DNA of 64,000 nt from Candidatus Cloacimonadales bacterium (GCA_963667035.1 OY762964.1:416001-480000), one strand, 5' to 3'; numbered from the stretch's first letter, positions 27,797-39,416 are shown. Notes: generated from the sequence alone by a model not told the origin. Numbers and translations: made by a program.

Positions 27797-28750
27797 ATGA
27801 TAGTATTGACAGGAGGAGCTGGTTTCATAGGTAGTGCAATGCTATCTAGATTAAATGAAGCCGGCTATGAAAATATAATAGTTGTTGATTCTCTAAAAAG
27901 TTCATCCAAATGGAAGAATCTTCAGGGAAAAGTCTTTAATGATTATCTAGATAAAGCAGATTTATTTAGTTATTTAGCACACTTCGATACAGTTGAAGCT
28001 ATAATCCATATGGGAGCCTGCTCTTCAACAACTGAGATGAATGCAGACTACTTGATGGATAACAATTTTAAGTATTCACGTAGATTAGCAGAATGGGCTC
28101 TTGAGAAAGGAGCTAGATTCATTTATGCCAGCAGTGCGGCTACTTATGGAGATGGCTCAAACGATTATTCCGATGAATCCGTATTTGGGCTACGGCCATT
28201 GAACATGTACGGATATTCCAAGCAGTTAATGGACGAATATGTTTATAGAAACAGACTTGAGACAAGACTCGCCGGATTCAAATTTTTTAATGTATACGGG
28301 CCTAATGAATATCATAAAGGTAGTATGAAGAGCGTGGTATACAAGTCTTATCATCAGATTATAGCAAAGGGTTCGGTTGAGTTGTTTAAGTCCTACCATA
28401 TGGATTACTCAGATGGAGAGCAAAAAAGAGACTTTATTTATGTTAAAGATGTAGTGGAAGTTCTATACAAGTTTTTAACAAAACCGGAATGGAATGGGAT
28501 ATTTAATCTTGGAACAGGAGAAGCAAGAAGCTGGAATGATCTGGTAAAAGCTGTTTTTAAAGCACTTGATTTACCTGCTAAGATTAATTACATAGATATG
28601 CCGGATAATCTAAGAGGTAAATATCAGTATTTTACTCAAGCTAATACTGAAAAGCTTTTATCTTTAACCGGATATAAAATGACGTCTCTTGAAGAGGGTG
28701 TAAGAGATTATGTTATTAATTATTTATTAAAAGAGGATGGTAATTTATAG
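27797..28750 (+). CDS. hldD: ADP-L-glycero-D-manno-heptose 6-epimerase
   Basis: TGGAGFIGS, HMGACSSTTE, YASSAATYG, YGYSK, FNVYGPNEYHKGSM, YQYFTQA. Confidence 0.95.
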   Translation: MIVLTGGAGFIGSAMLSRLNEAGYENIIVVDSLKSSSKWKNLQGKVFNDYLDKADLFSYLAHFDTVEAIIHMGACSSTTEMNADYLMDNNFKYSRRLAEWALEKGARFIYASSAATYGDGSNDYSDESVFGLRPLNMYGYSKQLMDEYVYRNRLETRLAGFKFFNVYGPNEYHKGSMKSVVYKSYHQIIAKGSVELFKSYHMDYSDGEQKRDFIYVKDVVEVLYKFLTKPEWNGIFNLGTGEARSWNDLVKAVFKALDLPAKINYIDMPDNLRGKYQYFTQANTEKLLSLTGYKMTSLEEGVRDYVINYLLKEDGNL

Positions 28751-28760
28751 TGAGGTTTGT

Positions 28761-29873
28761 ATGGATAAGTTAACATTTTTAAGCAATGTTAAGATTTTTA
28801 AGCAAATTGAGAGTGATAAGCTTCAAAGATTTGCTGAGAAATTTAAGCTTGTTTCTTTAGAGAAGGGGACTGCTTTAATTAGTGAAGGAACAGAAGACAA
28901 TTCTTTATGGATAATTAAATCCGGTTCGGTTGAAATCACGAAAGGCTTGAACCAAACCGGAGATGAAGCCCGTTTAACTATATTAGAGGAGTATGATTGT
29001 GTAGGGGAGATGTCGGTTTTTGGTTTAGGAGAAAGAAGTGCCAATGTTATAGCTTTAACTGACATTGAAGCATATCAGATTAAGGGTGAAGATTTCTTAA
29101 AGCTATGCTATGCAAATCCAATTACTATGTTTAACTTACTTAACACGATGTCAGAAAGACTCTCTCAGACTAATAACAAGATAGCTGAGATGGTGGATTC
29201 CTTTATCATGAAGAACAAACTGTTCACTTTAAGTCAGACACTAAGTAAAATAATGCATGATGTTAGAGTACCTCTGACTTCTATCTTCATTAGTTGTCAA
29301 TTGATGAGTGATGAATTTCCAGAGACTTCTGAATACTTAGGGGAAATTAATAAAAGTGCAGAAAAAATATCGGAAATTATTGAAGAGATAGTAGAGTTTG
29401 TTAAAGGTAATCAAGTTGATTTATACTTTGAAAAATACAGTACAAAGCAACTTTTCCCGGCAATGGAAAGTTACATAAAGAAACTTAGTAAGTTTAAGAA
29501 TCTAACTATTCATTGGGATAACAATGCTCCTGAGCACTATTATCTTGATATTGTCAGATTTAGAAGGCTGTTTGATAATCTAGCTAAAAATGCAGTTAAT
29601 GCCGTAGCTGACGACGGAAACATATATCTGAGTTTTTCGGGAAGAGAGGACTATATTAAGTTTTCAATTAAGGATGATGGACCAGGAATCTCAGAAGAGA
29701 AGCTAACTCATTTATATGAACCTTTTAAAACTAATTCTACACAAAAGGGTAAAGGGATAGGACTTGCTATTTGTAAGAAGATAGTTAATGACCACGGAGG
29801 TACAATCAGTTATTCAAGAGCCGATACCGGTGGTGCAGAGTTTTATGTGGAATTGCCAATTATAATGAATTAG
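28761..29873 (+). CDS. Cytoplasmic histidine kinase with N-terminal cyclic-nucleotide-binding domain
   Basis: GEMS....RSANV (cNMP), H-box MHDVRVPL, NLAKNA, DDGPG, GIGLAI; GAGG RBS before ATG 28761. Confidence 0.88.
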   Translation: MDKLTFLSNVKIFKQIESDKLQRFAEKFKLVSLEKGTALISEGTEDNSLWIIKSGSVEITKGLNQTGDEARLTILEEYDCVGEMSVFGLGERSANVIALTDIEAYQIKGEDFLKLCYANPITMFNLLNTMSERLSQTNNKIAEMVDSFIMKNKLFTLSQTLSKIMHDVRVPLTSIFISCQLMSDEFPETSEYLGEINKSAEKISEIIEEIVEFVKGNQVDLYFEKYSTKQLFPAMESYIKKLSKFKNLTIHWDNNAPEHYYLDIVRFRRLFDNLAKNAVNAVADDGNIYLSFSGREDYIKFSIKDDGPGISEEKLTHLYEPFKTNSTQKGKGIGLAICKKIVNDHGGTISYSRADTGGAEFYVELPIIMN

Positions 29874-29925
29874 AAAAGCATTTGGCTTGACATTTACATT
29901 ATTACATTAAAAAGGTCTCAGATGT

Positions 29926-30002
29926 GTCCCCGTAGCTCAGCTGGATAGAGCGTTTGACTCCGGATCAAAAGGTCGTGCGTTCGAATCGCACCGGGGACGC
30001 CA
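29926..30002 (+). tRNA. tRNA-Arg(CCG)
   Basis: Acceptor stem GTCCCCG/CGGGGAC, anticodon arm TTTGA-CT-CCG-GA-TCAAA, TTCGAAT T-loop, encoded CCA. Confidence 0.97.
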
Positions 30003-30008
30003 CAGGCT

Positions 30009-33000
30009 TTACTTGTTGTTTATTTTCAAATAGGCTTTTTCCAATCCCTTTCTAAGTGAATTAACTGACACTGGCTTTGTTAGATAAGAATCCATATCAT
30101 CTGTAATTATCTTTTCCAGTTGATCGGCAATTGCGTGGGCTGTTAGCGCAATAATATACGGTTGTTTAATTTTATTACCCATAGCTCTGACTCTTGCAGA
30201 GGCTTTTACTCCATCCATAATCGGCATTTGAATATCCATAAGTATTACATCAAATTCCCGTTTATCTATTGAAGTTAAAACACCTTCTCCCGACTCAACT
30301 ATCTCCGGCTCATAACCTAAGCGCTCCAATATCTTCCTTATCACTTTCTGATTTATATAATTATCCTCAGCAACCAGAATCTTGAGAGGGAATTTTTCTG
30401 CCATATTTCTATCGAATCCAATCTCTTTATGTTCATATTCAACTTCCTCGTCACTGTTTGAGAATAGATTATGTATAACTCGATATAGATTAGATATCTT
30501 CACTGGTTTTGTAAGTACTCTGTCACAAAATGGTTTGCACTCTTCAATGTTGCCTGCTGAAGTTAGAATTAAAAGAGGAAGGTTCGTAAGTTTCAAATCT
30601 GTCTTTATATTTCTACATAACTCAGCTCCATCCATCTCCGGCATCAAATAATCGGAGATAACAATATCAAATTCCTCTTCCTTTAGAAACTCTAATGCTT
30701 CAAAAGGAGTCTCAACCGCTACCGAACTCATTCCCCACCAAGAGAGTTGGTGCTTCAAAATCTGTCTGTTTTTATCATTATCATCTACTATCAAAGCATG
30801 CTTACTTTCAAGATTAGGTTGCTCTTTTTTGTTAAAGATTTTTTCTTTGGTCTTACCTGCAATTACTTGTATATCAAAATGGAATATAGAACCTGAGCCG
30901 AACTTGCTTTCTACCCACATTGCTCCACCCATCATTTCACTCAATCTCTTTGATATTGCTAGCCCAAGACCTGTTCCACCGAATTTTCTGGTAGTGGAGG
31001 CATCTACTTGACTAAAGGATTTAAAAAGCCTGTTTAACTTATTTTCTTCTATTCCTATTCCTGTATCGGCAACCTTGAACTCAATTCTGTATACATCATC
31101 AATCTTTTCACTGGATAATTCAATCAGTATTTCTCCTTTATCAGTAAATTTTATAGCATTTCCAACAAGATTGATGAGGATCTGTCTCAATTTATTCTTA
31201 TCTCCGACGATTGTACGAGGAACATCATCACAGATTTGATAGATAAGCTCTATTCCTTTCTTATTAGCAGCACTGGAGAAGATATCAAGAACTTCTTCAA
31301 CTAGTTCTACTATTTCAAATGGAATATTCTCTAGTTCAAGCTTACCTGCTTCTATTTTTGAGTAATCCAGAATATCATTAATAATTGCCAGGAGAGCATC
31401 ACTACTGATTTTTATTGTCTCAACAAAGTCTTTCTGTTCATCACTCATTTTGGTGTCGAACATAAGATAGGACATCCCTATTATAGCATTGAGGGGAGTT
31501 CGAATCTCATGACTCATATTTGCAAGGAATGAAGACTTGGCTCTATTTGCTGCCTTCTCCGCTCTCATTGCCTGTTTCGCAGCTCTTTCTGCTTTCTTTC
31601 TATCTGATATATCTGTAAGTGTAACAATAGTTTCTTGAGAATCAGGAAGCATTACTACAGTAGCTAGCACGTCTTTAACAATTCCCTTTTTATCAATAAA
31701 CTTAAACTCGTACTTATTAGGGATGTGTGGATCACCTTCCCATCTACGCTTTTGATATTGTTGTATCTTCTCAATCTGGGAAGGATGGACAAATTCGTAC
31801 CATTTCTTCTTACCTATGACTTCTTTTCTTTTGTAGCCAGATAGTACTTCGAATTCAAAATTAACCATCGTTAAAAAGTTATCATTAGATACAGAAATGG
31901 TTGCTGAACCATTGTTCTCGAAAACTCTTCTGAATCTTTTTTCTTTTAATATGATTTCTTGTGTTGCCTTTCTCTCTTTAGTTACATCGAGTCCTGTCAA
32001 CACTATATATTCAAGTTTGGCGTTATTGAACATTCCTGTGAAGTTTGCTTTTATGATAAAGTGCTCTCCATGTAAAGAGCGAATCGGGCACTCATGTGTT
32101 ATACCATTTCTAAACTTTTCGGGATTATTATAGTTGTTTCTGAATTCTTGAGCTAGTGCTTGATCTGTTAGAAAAGAACAAAACTCACCTTCAACATTAT
32201 CGGTTGCTTGATAGCCAAGTTTAGTTTTAGCAAATTTATTTATTCTTCTAATTCTACCTCGGCTACTCAAGACAAGTACCATAGCTTCTTCAGTATCAAG
32301 TACGGCAGACATGAAAATTCTTTCTCTTTCAAGTTCTTCAGTCCGAATTTTAACCGTAGCTTCCAGACTACCGGCCAGGCTTGCTAATTTCTCATGTGAA
32401 TCAGCTAGTCGTTTATGAAGTTTACTTCTCTTAAAAGTGTTAACAACAAGCATTATTATTATAATTAAAAGGAATAATAGTAAGGAACCGAATTGAATTA
32501 GTAGTGATTTGTTTCTTCGTATGAATGATTCAGGCATGTTAATAATTACGGACTTTCTCGGTAAATCTCTGACCTTTATACCCCATTTAGTCAAGGCTCT
32601 ATAATCAAACATATATCTGTTGGCACTTGACATGTCTATTCCGGCGTCTTCAACTTCATTACCCTCAAGAATAGTTATTGCTTTGTTCGCTGCTTTTTCA
32701 CCTTGATAATAACCACTTGTCAGAAAACCTCCAACAATACCGTAATCCAGATTGAAATCCCAGCATCCATAAATAGGGGAATTACTTGCTTCAACTATCT
32801 CAATTATACTGGAATCAAACTCAAAGAAATGATTCTCACTATCTTTAAAAAAAACAGTATATAATACAGCTGTATCTTCGGGTAAGGAAGCAACTCTTAG
32901 TTTAAGCTCATTCATAGTGATATTGCGAGGTTGCTCAATGCTGATTGTTGGAGGTAGCCATTTCACAGCTCTCTCGATCTCTTTATTAAGCTCAATACCT

Positions 33001-33521
33001 GTTAAAGTCTCATCATCTATTATGAAGAGATTTTTGAGATTGGGATGAAGTTTTCTAATCAGCTTTATATTTTGTAATATACCTACTTTTTCGTTTACTC
33101 CGGCTACTAACTTATTATCTCCAAGCATCGAGTAATGAAATCCATTTACACCGCAAAATATCATCGGTGTATTGGGGAAGATATCTTCAATATTCTCAAG
33201 CATGTAGTTAAAGGCGAAATTGTCTACTGTTATAACAACATCGAATTCTAATCCTTTATACTTGCGAAAGAATAATCTTTTTTCCTCTTCTAATTCCTTC
33301 TTACTACTATACCTCTTTGTGTCTAAGTATTCTGTCGAAATATGAATTTTATGATTAAAATCTCTCAGATTATCAACAATTCCCGCTTGAATATCGTCAG
33401 ACCATTTGTATCCAGAATGATAAGATTGTATAACTAAAATTTTAGGAATCTTTTCAACATCTCTGCCAGAAGCAGAAAGAATAAGTAACAGAAATAGGAG
33501 CAATATCATTAGTTTTTTCAT
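30009..33521 (-). CDS. Hybrid histidine kinase: periplasmic binding domain, two PAS, HisKA/HATPase, two REC
   Basis: SYH.GY.W N-terminal sensor, TM, PAS motifs, FLANMSHEIRTPLN, FGGTGLGL, DYLMP and DIQMP receivers; GAGG before ATG 33521. Confidence 0.92.
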   Translation of the reverse strand: MKKLMILLLFLLLILSASGRDVEKIPKILVIQSYHSGYKWSDDIQAGIVDNLRDFNHKIHISTEYLDTKRYSSKKELEEEKRLFFRKYKGLEFDVVITVDNFAFNYMLENIEDIFPNTPMIFCGVNGFHYSMLGDNKLVAGVNEKVGILQNIKLIRKLHPNLKNLFIIDDETLTGIELNKEIERAVKWLPPTISIEQPRNITMNELKLRVASLPEDTAVLYTVFFKDSENHFFEFDSSIIEIVEASNSPIYGCWDFNLDYGIVGGFLTSGYYQGEKAANKAITILEGNEVEDAGIDMSSANRYMFDYRALTKWGIKVRDLPRKSVIINMPESFIRRNKSLLIQFGSLLLFLLIIIIMLVVNTFKRSKLHKRLADSHEKLASLAGSLEATVKIRTEELERERIFMSAVLDTEEAMVLVLSSRGRIRRINKFAKTKLGYQATDNVEGEFCSFLTDQALAQEFRNNYNNPEKFRNGITHECPIRSLHGEHFIIKANFTGMFNNAKLEYIVLTGLDVTKERKATQEIILKEKRFRRVFENNGSATISVSNDNFLTMVNFEFEVLSGYKRKEVIGKKKWYEFVHPSQIEKIQQYQKRRWEGDPHIPNKYEFKFIDKKGIVKDVLATVVMLPDSQETIVTLTDISDRKKAERAAKQAMRAEKAANRAKSSFLANMSHEIRTPLNAIIGMSYLMFDTKMSDEQKDFVETIKISSDALLAIINDILDYSKIEAGKLELENIPFEIVELVEEVLDIFSSAANKKGIELIYQICDDVPRTIVGDKNKLRQILINLVGNAIKFTDKGEILIELSSEKIDDVYRIEFKVADTGIGIEENKLNRLFKSFSQVDASTTRKFGGTGLGLAISKRLSEMMGGAMWVESKFGSGSIFHFDIQVIAGKTKEKIFNKKEQPNLESKHALIVDDNDKNRQILKHQLSWWGMSSVAVETPFEALEFLKEEEFDIVISDYLMPEMDGAELCRNIKTDLKLTNLPLLILTSAGNIEECKPFCDRVLTKPVKISNLYRVIHNLFSNSDEEVEYEHKEIGFDRNMAEKFPLKILVAEDNYINQKVIRKILERLGYEPEIVESGEGVLTSIDKREFDVILMDIQMPIMDGVKASARVRAMGNKIKQPYIIALTAHAIADQLEKIITDDMDSYLTKPVSVNSLRKGLEKAYLKINNK

Positions 33522-34006
33522 GATTCCTCGCAGTTTGATTCGCTTCAATACTTATTATTAATGCAGTATTCATTCTCGTCAAACTATTTTTGAGGATGAT
33601 TCACATTTTCTTTATGCTAGAGAAAACCTATAAATTAGTCTAAATTATTATAGTTCTCCTAAATAAAAAGATAACGATAAGCATATACTATTTAGCGAGT
33701 AGGATTTTTCCCATTAAGATTTCCAAATTGATTATTGTCTATGCAATCGTTAAAGTGAAATTATCATTTATGTGTATCAAGAAACTATGCCACCAATGAT
33801 AAGAAGTAGAAATATATAAAAAAGACTTTACAAAGAAATTATAGCAGTTTATATTCGTTATTATAAAGAATTGAAAAATATAAATCGATAAGTTAAGTCG
33901 ATTTGGAAACTTTGGAAAGTCGATTAATATATAATTTAAGAAATAATACAGGTTCGGAATAAATAACAGTTGACAAGAAAGCTTGTTAATAGTGATTTGA
34001 TTCCGT

Positions 34007-34093
34007 GCCGAAGTGGTGAAACTGGTAGACGCAGTGGACTCAAAATCCTCCGAGCTTTAGCTCGTGCCGGTTCGAGTCCGGCCTTCGGCACCA
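34007..34093 (+). tRNA. tRNA-Leu(CAA)
   Basis: GCCGAAG/CTTCGGC acceptor stem, CT-CAA-AA anticodon loop, long variable arm, encoded CCA. Confidence 0.96.
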
Positions 34094-34218
34094 CTTTATA
34101 AATTGGAACTAAGGAGTAGCTTATAATATTATTGTTCTGACGAAGTCGTACGAATTGACTCAATTCTCAGATTTATTCTTATATTTACAAAAAAGATTAA
34201 CATAGGGGTTATATTAGT

Positions 34219-35274
34219 ATGAAAAACAAGAACTTAATTAAGCTGATTCTAGTTTCAGCAATTCTACTGATTCCAATACTTTCGAATGCTAGCTCTGAAG
34301 CTGGTGTACTTTTCCTTCTTATTGAACCTGATTCCCGTGCTAATGGTATGGCAGAGGCTTATGTCGCTAAGGCGGATGATGCCTATTCCGGTTGGTGGAA
34401 TCCGGGAGCTATGGCTTTCAACCGTAAGAACCAGATAGGCGTTATGCATGTAAGCTGGTTTGAAGATGCTAATATTGACGATGTTTATTATGAATATGCT
34501 GGCTATAACGGATATCTGGAAGGCATAGGTAATCTAGGTTTTCATGTTGTGTTTATGACATTTGGAAAAATGGAAAGAACGGATGCCGAAAATAATTACC
34601 TAGGTTCATTTACCAGTTATGAGTTGGCACCAACATTTACTTATGCTTCCCAGATAAACGATAATATCGGTCTTGGTGTGAACTTCAAGTTTATACTTAG
34701 TGACCTTGCCCCCAAAGGTACAGGCAATACTGAAGAAAGTACACATGGTCGAGGTATAAGTTTCGCCTTTGATTTTGGTTATAAACATAAGAATATCTTC
34801 AATTATGATAGACTAGACTTTGGTGTTACATTACAGAACATTGGTCCGGATATTACTTACATTGATGATGAGCAAAGCGATCCTCTTCCAATGAACCTTC
34901 GTGCCGGTTTCTCATATAGACCTCTTGATGACCAATTTAATCGTTTTACTGTCAATGCTGACATGAGTAAATTGTTAGCTAACGATGATTTTGTCTTAAG
35001 CCGCCTTGTAACAGCTTGGAAGGATGATCCGTTTCAACAGGAGTTGGAATCAACAATCTTCAGCATTGGTGGAGAATATGTCTATCTTGATATGATATCT
35101 TTACGTGGGGGATATTACTACGATAAAGCCGGTTCAATGGAAGGCCCATCATTTGGAGCAGGATTAAAATATTCATTTAATGACAAATATATTGGATCAT
35201 TTGATTTTGCTATGAAGCAAGCAGGTGAGCTTACACATTATAATAAGACATTCTCTTTGAGTGTAGATTTCTAG
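34219..35274 (+). CDS. porV: PorV-family outer-membrane beta-barrel (T9SS shuttle-like)
   Basis: FLLIEPDSRANGM, WNPG, QNIGP.I.Y, PLPMNLRAG, LRGGY, terminal Phe. Confidence 0.85.
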   Translation: MKNKNLIKLILVSAILLIPILSNASSEAGVLFLLIEPDSRANGMAEAYVAKADDAYSGWWNPGAMAFNRKNQIGVMHVSWFEDANIDDVYYEYAGYNGYLEGIGNLGFHVVFMTFGKMERTDAENNYLGSFTSYELAPTFTYASQINDNIGLGVNFKFILSDLAPKGTGNTEESTHGRGISFAFDFGYKHKNIFNYDRLDFGVTLQNIGPDITYIDDEQSDPLPMNLRAGFSYRPLDDQFNRFTVNADMSKLLANDDFVLSRLVTAWKDDPFQQELESTIFSIGGEYVYLDMISLRGGYYYDKAGSMEGPSFGAGLKYSFNDKYIGSFDFAMKQAGELTHYNKTFSLSVDF

Positions 35275-35291
35275 ATTTAAAGTAGATAAAT

Positions 35292-38200
35292 ATGAAGAAA
35301 TCACTGATATTACTTTTGGTAATATTGAGCCTCAATCTACTTTGGGCAGATAAAATTATCATGCAAAAAAGCGGAGCTCCCCGAAAAAATAAGCTCCGCT
35401 TAAAGCATCCGGCTCAGGAGATTTTTGATTCAAGAATTTTGCCTGAAGATAACCGAAAAATAGGGTCAGAGGAAAACAAATTAATCGTTATTCTTGTCCA
35501 ATTTCAAGAGGAAGTTATTGATAATACTGCAACTACCGGGAATGGTCATTTTCTTACTTACATTGATTCTCTAAATGGCCCAACTATCGGTATGCCTCCT
35601 CATGATCAAGAATACTACAGCTCGGTATTAGAGAGTGTACGCAATTATTATAGAGCAGCCAGTTATGGTCATTTCGAACTTGACTATGATATTTGGCCTA
35701 AGGATAAGCCTGCATATACCTTATCCCATGAAATGAGTTACTATAGTCCTTCTGATGTAGGTTCAAGTCTGTTTGTAGAAAGATTGGAAGAATATTTCAA
35801 GGAATCATGGGAGACTGCGGATAGGGATGATCCAGAGATAGATTTTTCTCAATATCAGCATTTTATGTTAGTTCATGCAGGTGCTGATTGGCAACACGAT
35901 ACATTTGGGGATACTCCTTCCGATATGCCTTCTTTATTTATTCGAATAGGAACAGGAAAAGAAGCAATTGTTGATGATGGGCAGGTTTTGATAAGAAAAT
36001 CTTGCAATGTTCCAGAGACAATATCTCAGGATTATGAAGAATACGAATATGTAGACGATAATGGTGTGCCAGGAGTTATGGTGTATGGACATGGTTCCCC
36101 AAATGCTGTTTTTGCTCACGAGTTTGGTCATTCAATGGGTTTGGTTGACCTCTATGATACTCATTCTTCAACACCTATGGTTGGCTATTTTGATATTATG
36201 GACAGTGGTGGTTCTGGTATTATGCAATCTGTAGGTAGAGATAACAAACTATATAATTATGAAGGAGCTTTACCTGCTTTACCCGGGGCATATTCTAAAA
36301 GCTTGATGTTTGAAGATATATTTAGAGATGAAGGTATCATTAAAGACATCAATGAATTGAGTTTTGAAGAAAGCATGGAATTCTCTGCTGCTGAATCTAT
36401 GGTCAAGCCAATAAACAAGTTAAGAATTATTAAGGTGCCACTATCTGATAGTCAATACTTACTGCTAGAACACAGAAGTGTAGATCCTGATGGCGATGGA
36501 GGTACTGCAGTTAAAAGTACTTTATCCAGAAGAGTTATTCTTGGACCTACGACTATAGGGGGTGGGATTGATTCACCACTGACTTTTGAATACGACTATT
36601 TGTTACCTTCATGGCAAAAATGGAATTCTCAGAATGGTAGTTATGATTCATATGGAGGAGGAGTTCTGGCGTGGAGAATCAATGAAGATATTCTGAACAA
36701 AGTTCTCTATGTAGATAATGAAGGTAATCCGATAACAAATTTTGATAATAATAGTGTTAACACAAACTTATACAGAAGAGGCATTGAGTTGGTGGAAGCT
36801 GATAATATTAAGGATATTGGGGAACCTAGTTCATTCTATTGGTCTGGGACTCCATACGAATATTTCTTTCCACAAAAGCCAATGTTAGATTCAGAAGGAT
36901 TGTTTGTTTCTTGGAGTTTAGAAACACATACGCCTGTATTTTCGGGTAGCACTAAACCAGCTTTAGCCGATAGTTATGGGCACCCCTCTCAATACTCAAT
37001 TGAATTCTTGAGCAATCCAACAGGCGTTATGGAAATGAAACTGTCATTTCTAAATAGTACGTATACTCAGGAAATATATACAAATGATGATTTAGTTGGA
37101 ATCGGTCCTATTTTCCAATCTGAATTCGGAATGGAGTTACCAATAGTTACGGAGCATGGAATAATGCTTTATACACAATTGGATAATCAAGGTGAATGGC
37201 ATAATTATTATGATATTATTAATGAGTATGTTGATAAGATTGATTATTACCCTGTAGTCATAAATGATGAAAGAGGAAATGGTTGTCTTGTTCTTGTATC
37301 GGATAATAATATTTTAACTTTAACTCCACTTAAATATGGGGAGATCTCAGGATTACCTGAGATTACTGCTGCACCAATTGTGTTTTACAATTATGATATT
37401 CAAGGTAATTATCTTAGATTACTTGGAATTCCTACAACAGAAGGTTTCTATGTTTATCAGTATGTTTCTGATTGTGATTTCAGTTTTAGAGAGATTGTTG
37501 AAGGTAAGGTTATTGAAGCAGGTTATTTATCAAACAATAATGATGTTCAGACTGTATTAATAATGTTCGAAAATGATGTTCGAGAATACAACATTCAAAA
37601 CGAATATATTGATGGAGGATCACCAATTTTCTGTAGAAATCCGGGATATAACTTTAATGGATATTCGTCTCTTAGAGGGATGTTTGTAACAAACAATAGC
37701 AAGTTGTTATCTATAGAAGCTAAGTACGACTTCACTTATTATGCTACTTTTGCATTTAAAGAGCAAATAGATTTTAGTAAATATTCAAGTATCCCTCCAA
37801 CAAATCTCGCATATGGGAGAATCGGAAACATTGAGAATGTTTTTGTTTGGGGAGCTGGAGACCATTTGTTTGCCATGAAGAATAATGCCTTATTGGAAGG
37901 CTTTCCAGTTAAGTATGATGGATTACTCTTTAAAAGTAGAAGTTATCCACGTCTAGTTGATGGTATAATTCAAATTCAAACTGACGGTAACGGTTACTAC
38001 TCAATTAACTCGGACGGAGAAATACTTAGCGATGAAAGCTATACCAATTATAGTGAGAACAATGATAATGAATTGTGCTACTCTAATGGCTATCTGTATA
38101 ATGCTTTCATAAGTAATAGTCATTCAGTATTCGTTAATCAAGTTAAAGAATATGAAGAAAATCCAATCGAGTTTTCAGGATATCGAAGTCTGTTTAATGT

Positions 38201-38501
38201 CACTGAAGATTTCTCTAATACAGAAGTTACAGGTTTTAATGCATATATTTATCCTAATCCTATACGTAGTATAGATGCCCGGTTTAGAGTATATAATCCT
38301 GCTAGTGATTATGAATTGATAGTATATGACATTGCCGGAAATAAAGTTTATACAGACAAAATCACATTAAGTCGATTAGATTTAGATAAACAATATTTCG
38401 AAGCTTCTTTGAGGTTAGATAAGTTAAGTGCAGGGGCATATTTCTGCGTTTATAAAGACAGAAATAAAACTAAGAAGATTAAATTTTCAATTGAAAAGTG
38501 A
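35292..38501 (+). CDS. Secreted M6 (immune inhibitor A-like) metalloprotease with T9SS-type CTD
   Basis: VHAG, HEFGH..GL.DLYD, Met-turn DIMDSG, C-terminal YPNP...YDIAG...SAGAYF. Confidence 0.82.
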   Translation: MKKSLILLLVILSLNLLWADKIIMQKSGAPRKNKLRLKHPAQEIFDSRILPEDNRKIGSEENKLIVILVQFQEEVIDNTATTGNGHFLTYIDSLNGPTIGMPPHDQEYYSSVLESVRNYYRAASYGHFELDYDIWPKDKPAYTLSHEMSYYSPSDVGSSLFVERLEEYFKESWETADRDDPEIDFSQYQHFMLVHAGADWQHDTFGDTPSDMPSLFIRIGTGKEAIVDDGQVLIRKSCNVPETISQDYEEYEYVDDNGVPGVMVYGHGSPNAVFAHEFGHSMGLVDLYDTHSSTPMVGYFDIMDSGGSGIMQSVGRDNKLYNYEGALPALPGAYSKSLMFEDIFRDEGIIKDINELSFEESMEFSAAESMVKPINKLRIIKVPLSDSQYLLLEHRSVDPDGDGGTAVKSTLSRRVILGPTTIGGGIDSPLTFEYDYLLPSWQKWNSQNGSYDSYGGGVLAWRINEDILNKVLYVDNEGNPITNFDNNSVNTNLYRRGIELVEADNIKDIGEPSSFYWSGTPYEYFFPQKPMLDSEGLFVSWSLETHTPVFSGSTKPALADSYGHPSQYSIEFLSNPTGVMEMKLSFLNSTYTQEIYTNDDLVGIGPIFQSEFGMELPIVTEHGIMLYTQLDNQGEWHNYYDIINEYVDKIDYYPVVINDERGNGCLVLVSDNNILTLTPLKYGEISGLPEITAAPIVFYNYDIQGNYLRLLGIPTTEGFYVYQYVSDCDFSFREIVEGKVIEAGYLSNNNDVQTVLIMFENDVREYNIQNEYIDGGSPIFCRNPGYNFNGYSSLRGMFVTNNSKLLSIEAKYDFTYYATFAFKEQIDFSKYSSIPPTNLAYGRIGNIENVFVWGAGDHLFAMKNNALLEGFPVKYDGLLFKSRSYPRLVDGIIQIQTDGNGYYSINSDGEILSDESYTNYSENNDNELCYSNGYLYNAFISNSHSVFVNQVKEYEENPIEFSGYRSLFNVTEDFSNTEVTGFNAYIYPNPIRSIDARFRVYNPASDYELIVYDIAGNKVYTDKITLSRLDLDKQYFEASLRLDKLSAGAYFCVYKDRNKTKKIKFSIEK

Positions 38502-38510
38502 GGTTTGTAA

Positions 38511-39416
38511 ATGAAAAAATGGGTCTTACTACTAGTTATAATGGGTCTTTTCCTAACTATATTTGCTGAAGATTTCGATTTTACACCGAATGATAAAAAA
38601 GAGAAAGAATCAGAGAATAAACCGGTCCAAGATGAGAGAGAACTTCTTATGAGAGGTGATGTTATTAATGTAAAAACTAATAACAAGGATGCTCGACTTG
38701 CGATGGCATTATCGATGTTGGTTCCCGGTGTGGGAAATTTTTACGCTGATAAAACCTCGATAACAACATACATTTGGCCGGTTATTGAGATTGGACTATG
38801 GGCTGGGTATATTTATTATAGATCTGAAGGCGATAAAAAGACAGATGTTTACGAAGATTATGCAGACTTGCATTATCAGAGAACTCACCAGCATGAGATT
38901 GAAAATTATCTTAGAGAGATGTATGAGCACGATGTTTATGATAAAACTTTTTGGCGTTTGGATGATGACAATACTCAGCATTTCTATGAAGATATTGCTA
39001 AATATGACAAGTATGTCTTTGGCTGGGATGATTGGTACGCTGCTTATGCAACGGATAATAATGGCGACTTTGTTACACCAGTTTTTTACGGAAATGGGGA
39101 GAACGAGAATTTTAAATGGTTTGGAAATAGAGTAATGAATGATGAATACTCAAATTTTCCTGAAGATTCAAAATACTCTGAGTTGAGAGAAGAATATATA
39201 AATATGCGTAGAGATGCTCAAGATGATTATGATATGGCTACAGTTATGACCTTTGGAATACTTTTTAACCATGTTTTAAGTGGTGTAGATGCAATAAGAT
39301 TAACTATAAAGCATAATGCAGAGAACCTTGCTAGAAATGATGTGAAGCTTAATTATGCTGTTGTCCCTAGAAACAATCAGATGACTCCTTTTGTATATTT
39401 AACAAAGAGGTTTTAA
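38511..39416 (+). CDS. DUF5683-like putative outer-membrane protein
   Basis: Signal peptide, A..LSMLVPG.G.FY motif, NH..S..DA, terminal Phe. Confidence 0.65.
   Translation: MKKWVLLLVIMGLFLTIFAEDFDFTPNDKKEKESENKPVQDERELLMRGDVINVKTNNKDARLAMALSMLVPGVGNFYADKTSITTYIWPVIEIGLWAGYIYYRSEGDKKTDVYEDYADLHYQRTHQHEIENYLREMYEHDVYDKTFWRLDDDNTQHFYEDIAKYDKYVFGWDDWYAAYATDNNGDFVTPVFYGNGENENFKWFGNRVMNDEYSNFPEDSKYSELREEYINMRRDAQDDYDMATVMTFGILFNHVLSGVDAIRLTIKHNAENLARNDVKLNYAVVPRNNQMTPFVYLTKRF

Noticed and set aside
29926..34093. tRNA-anchored genomic island
   Set aside because: No integrase and no duplicated tRNA 3' end seen
33936..34163. 75-aa ORF on the minus strand
   Set aside because: Antisense shadow of tRNA-Leu
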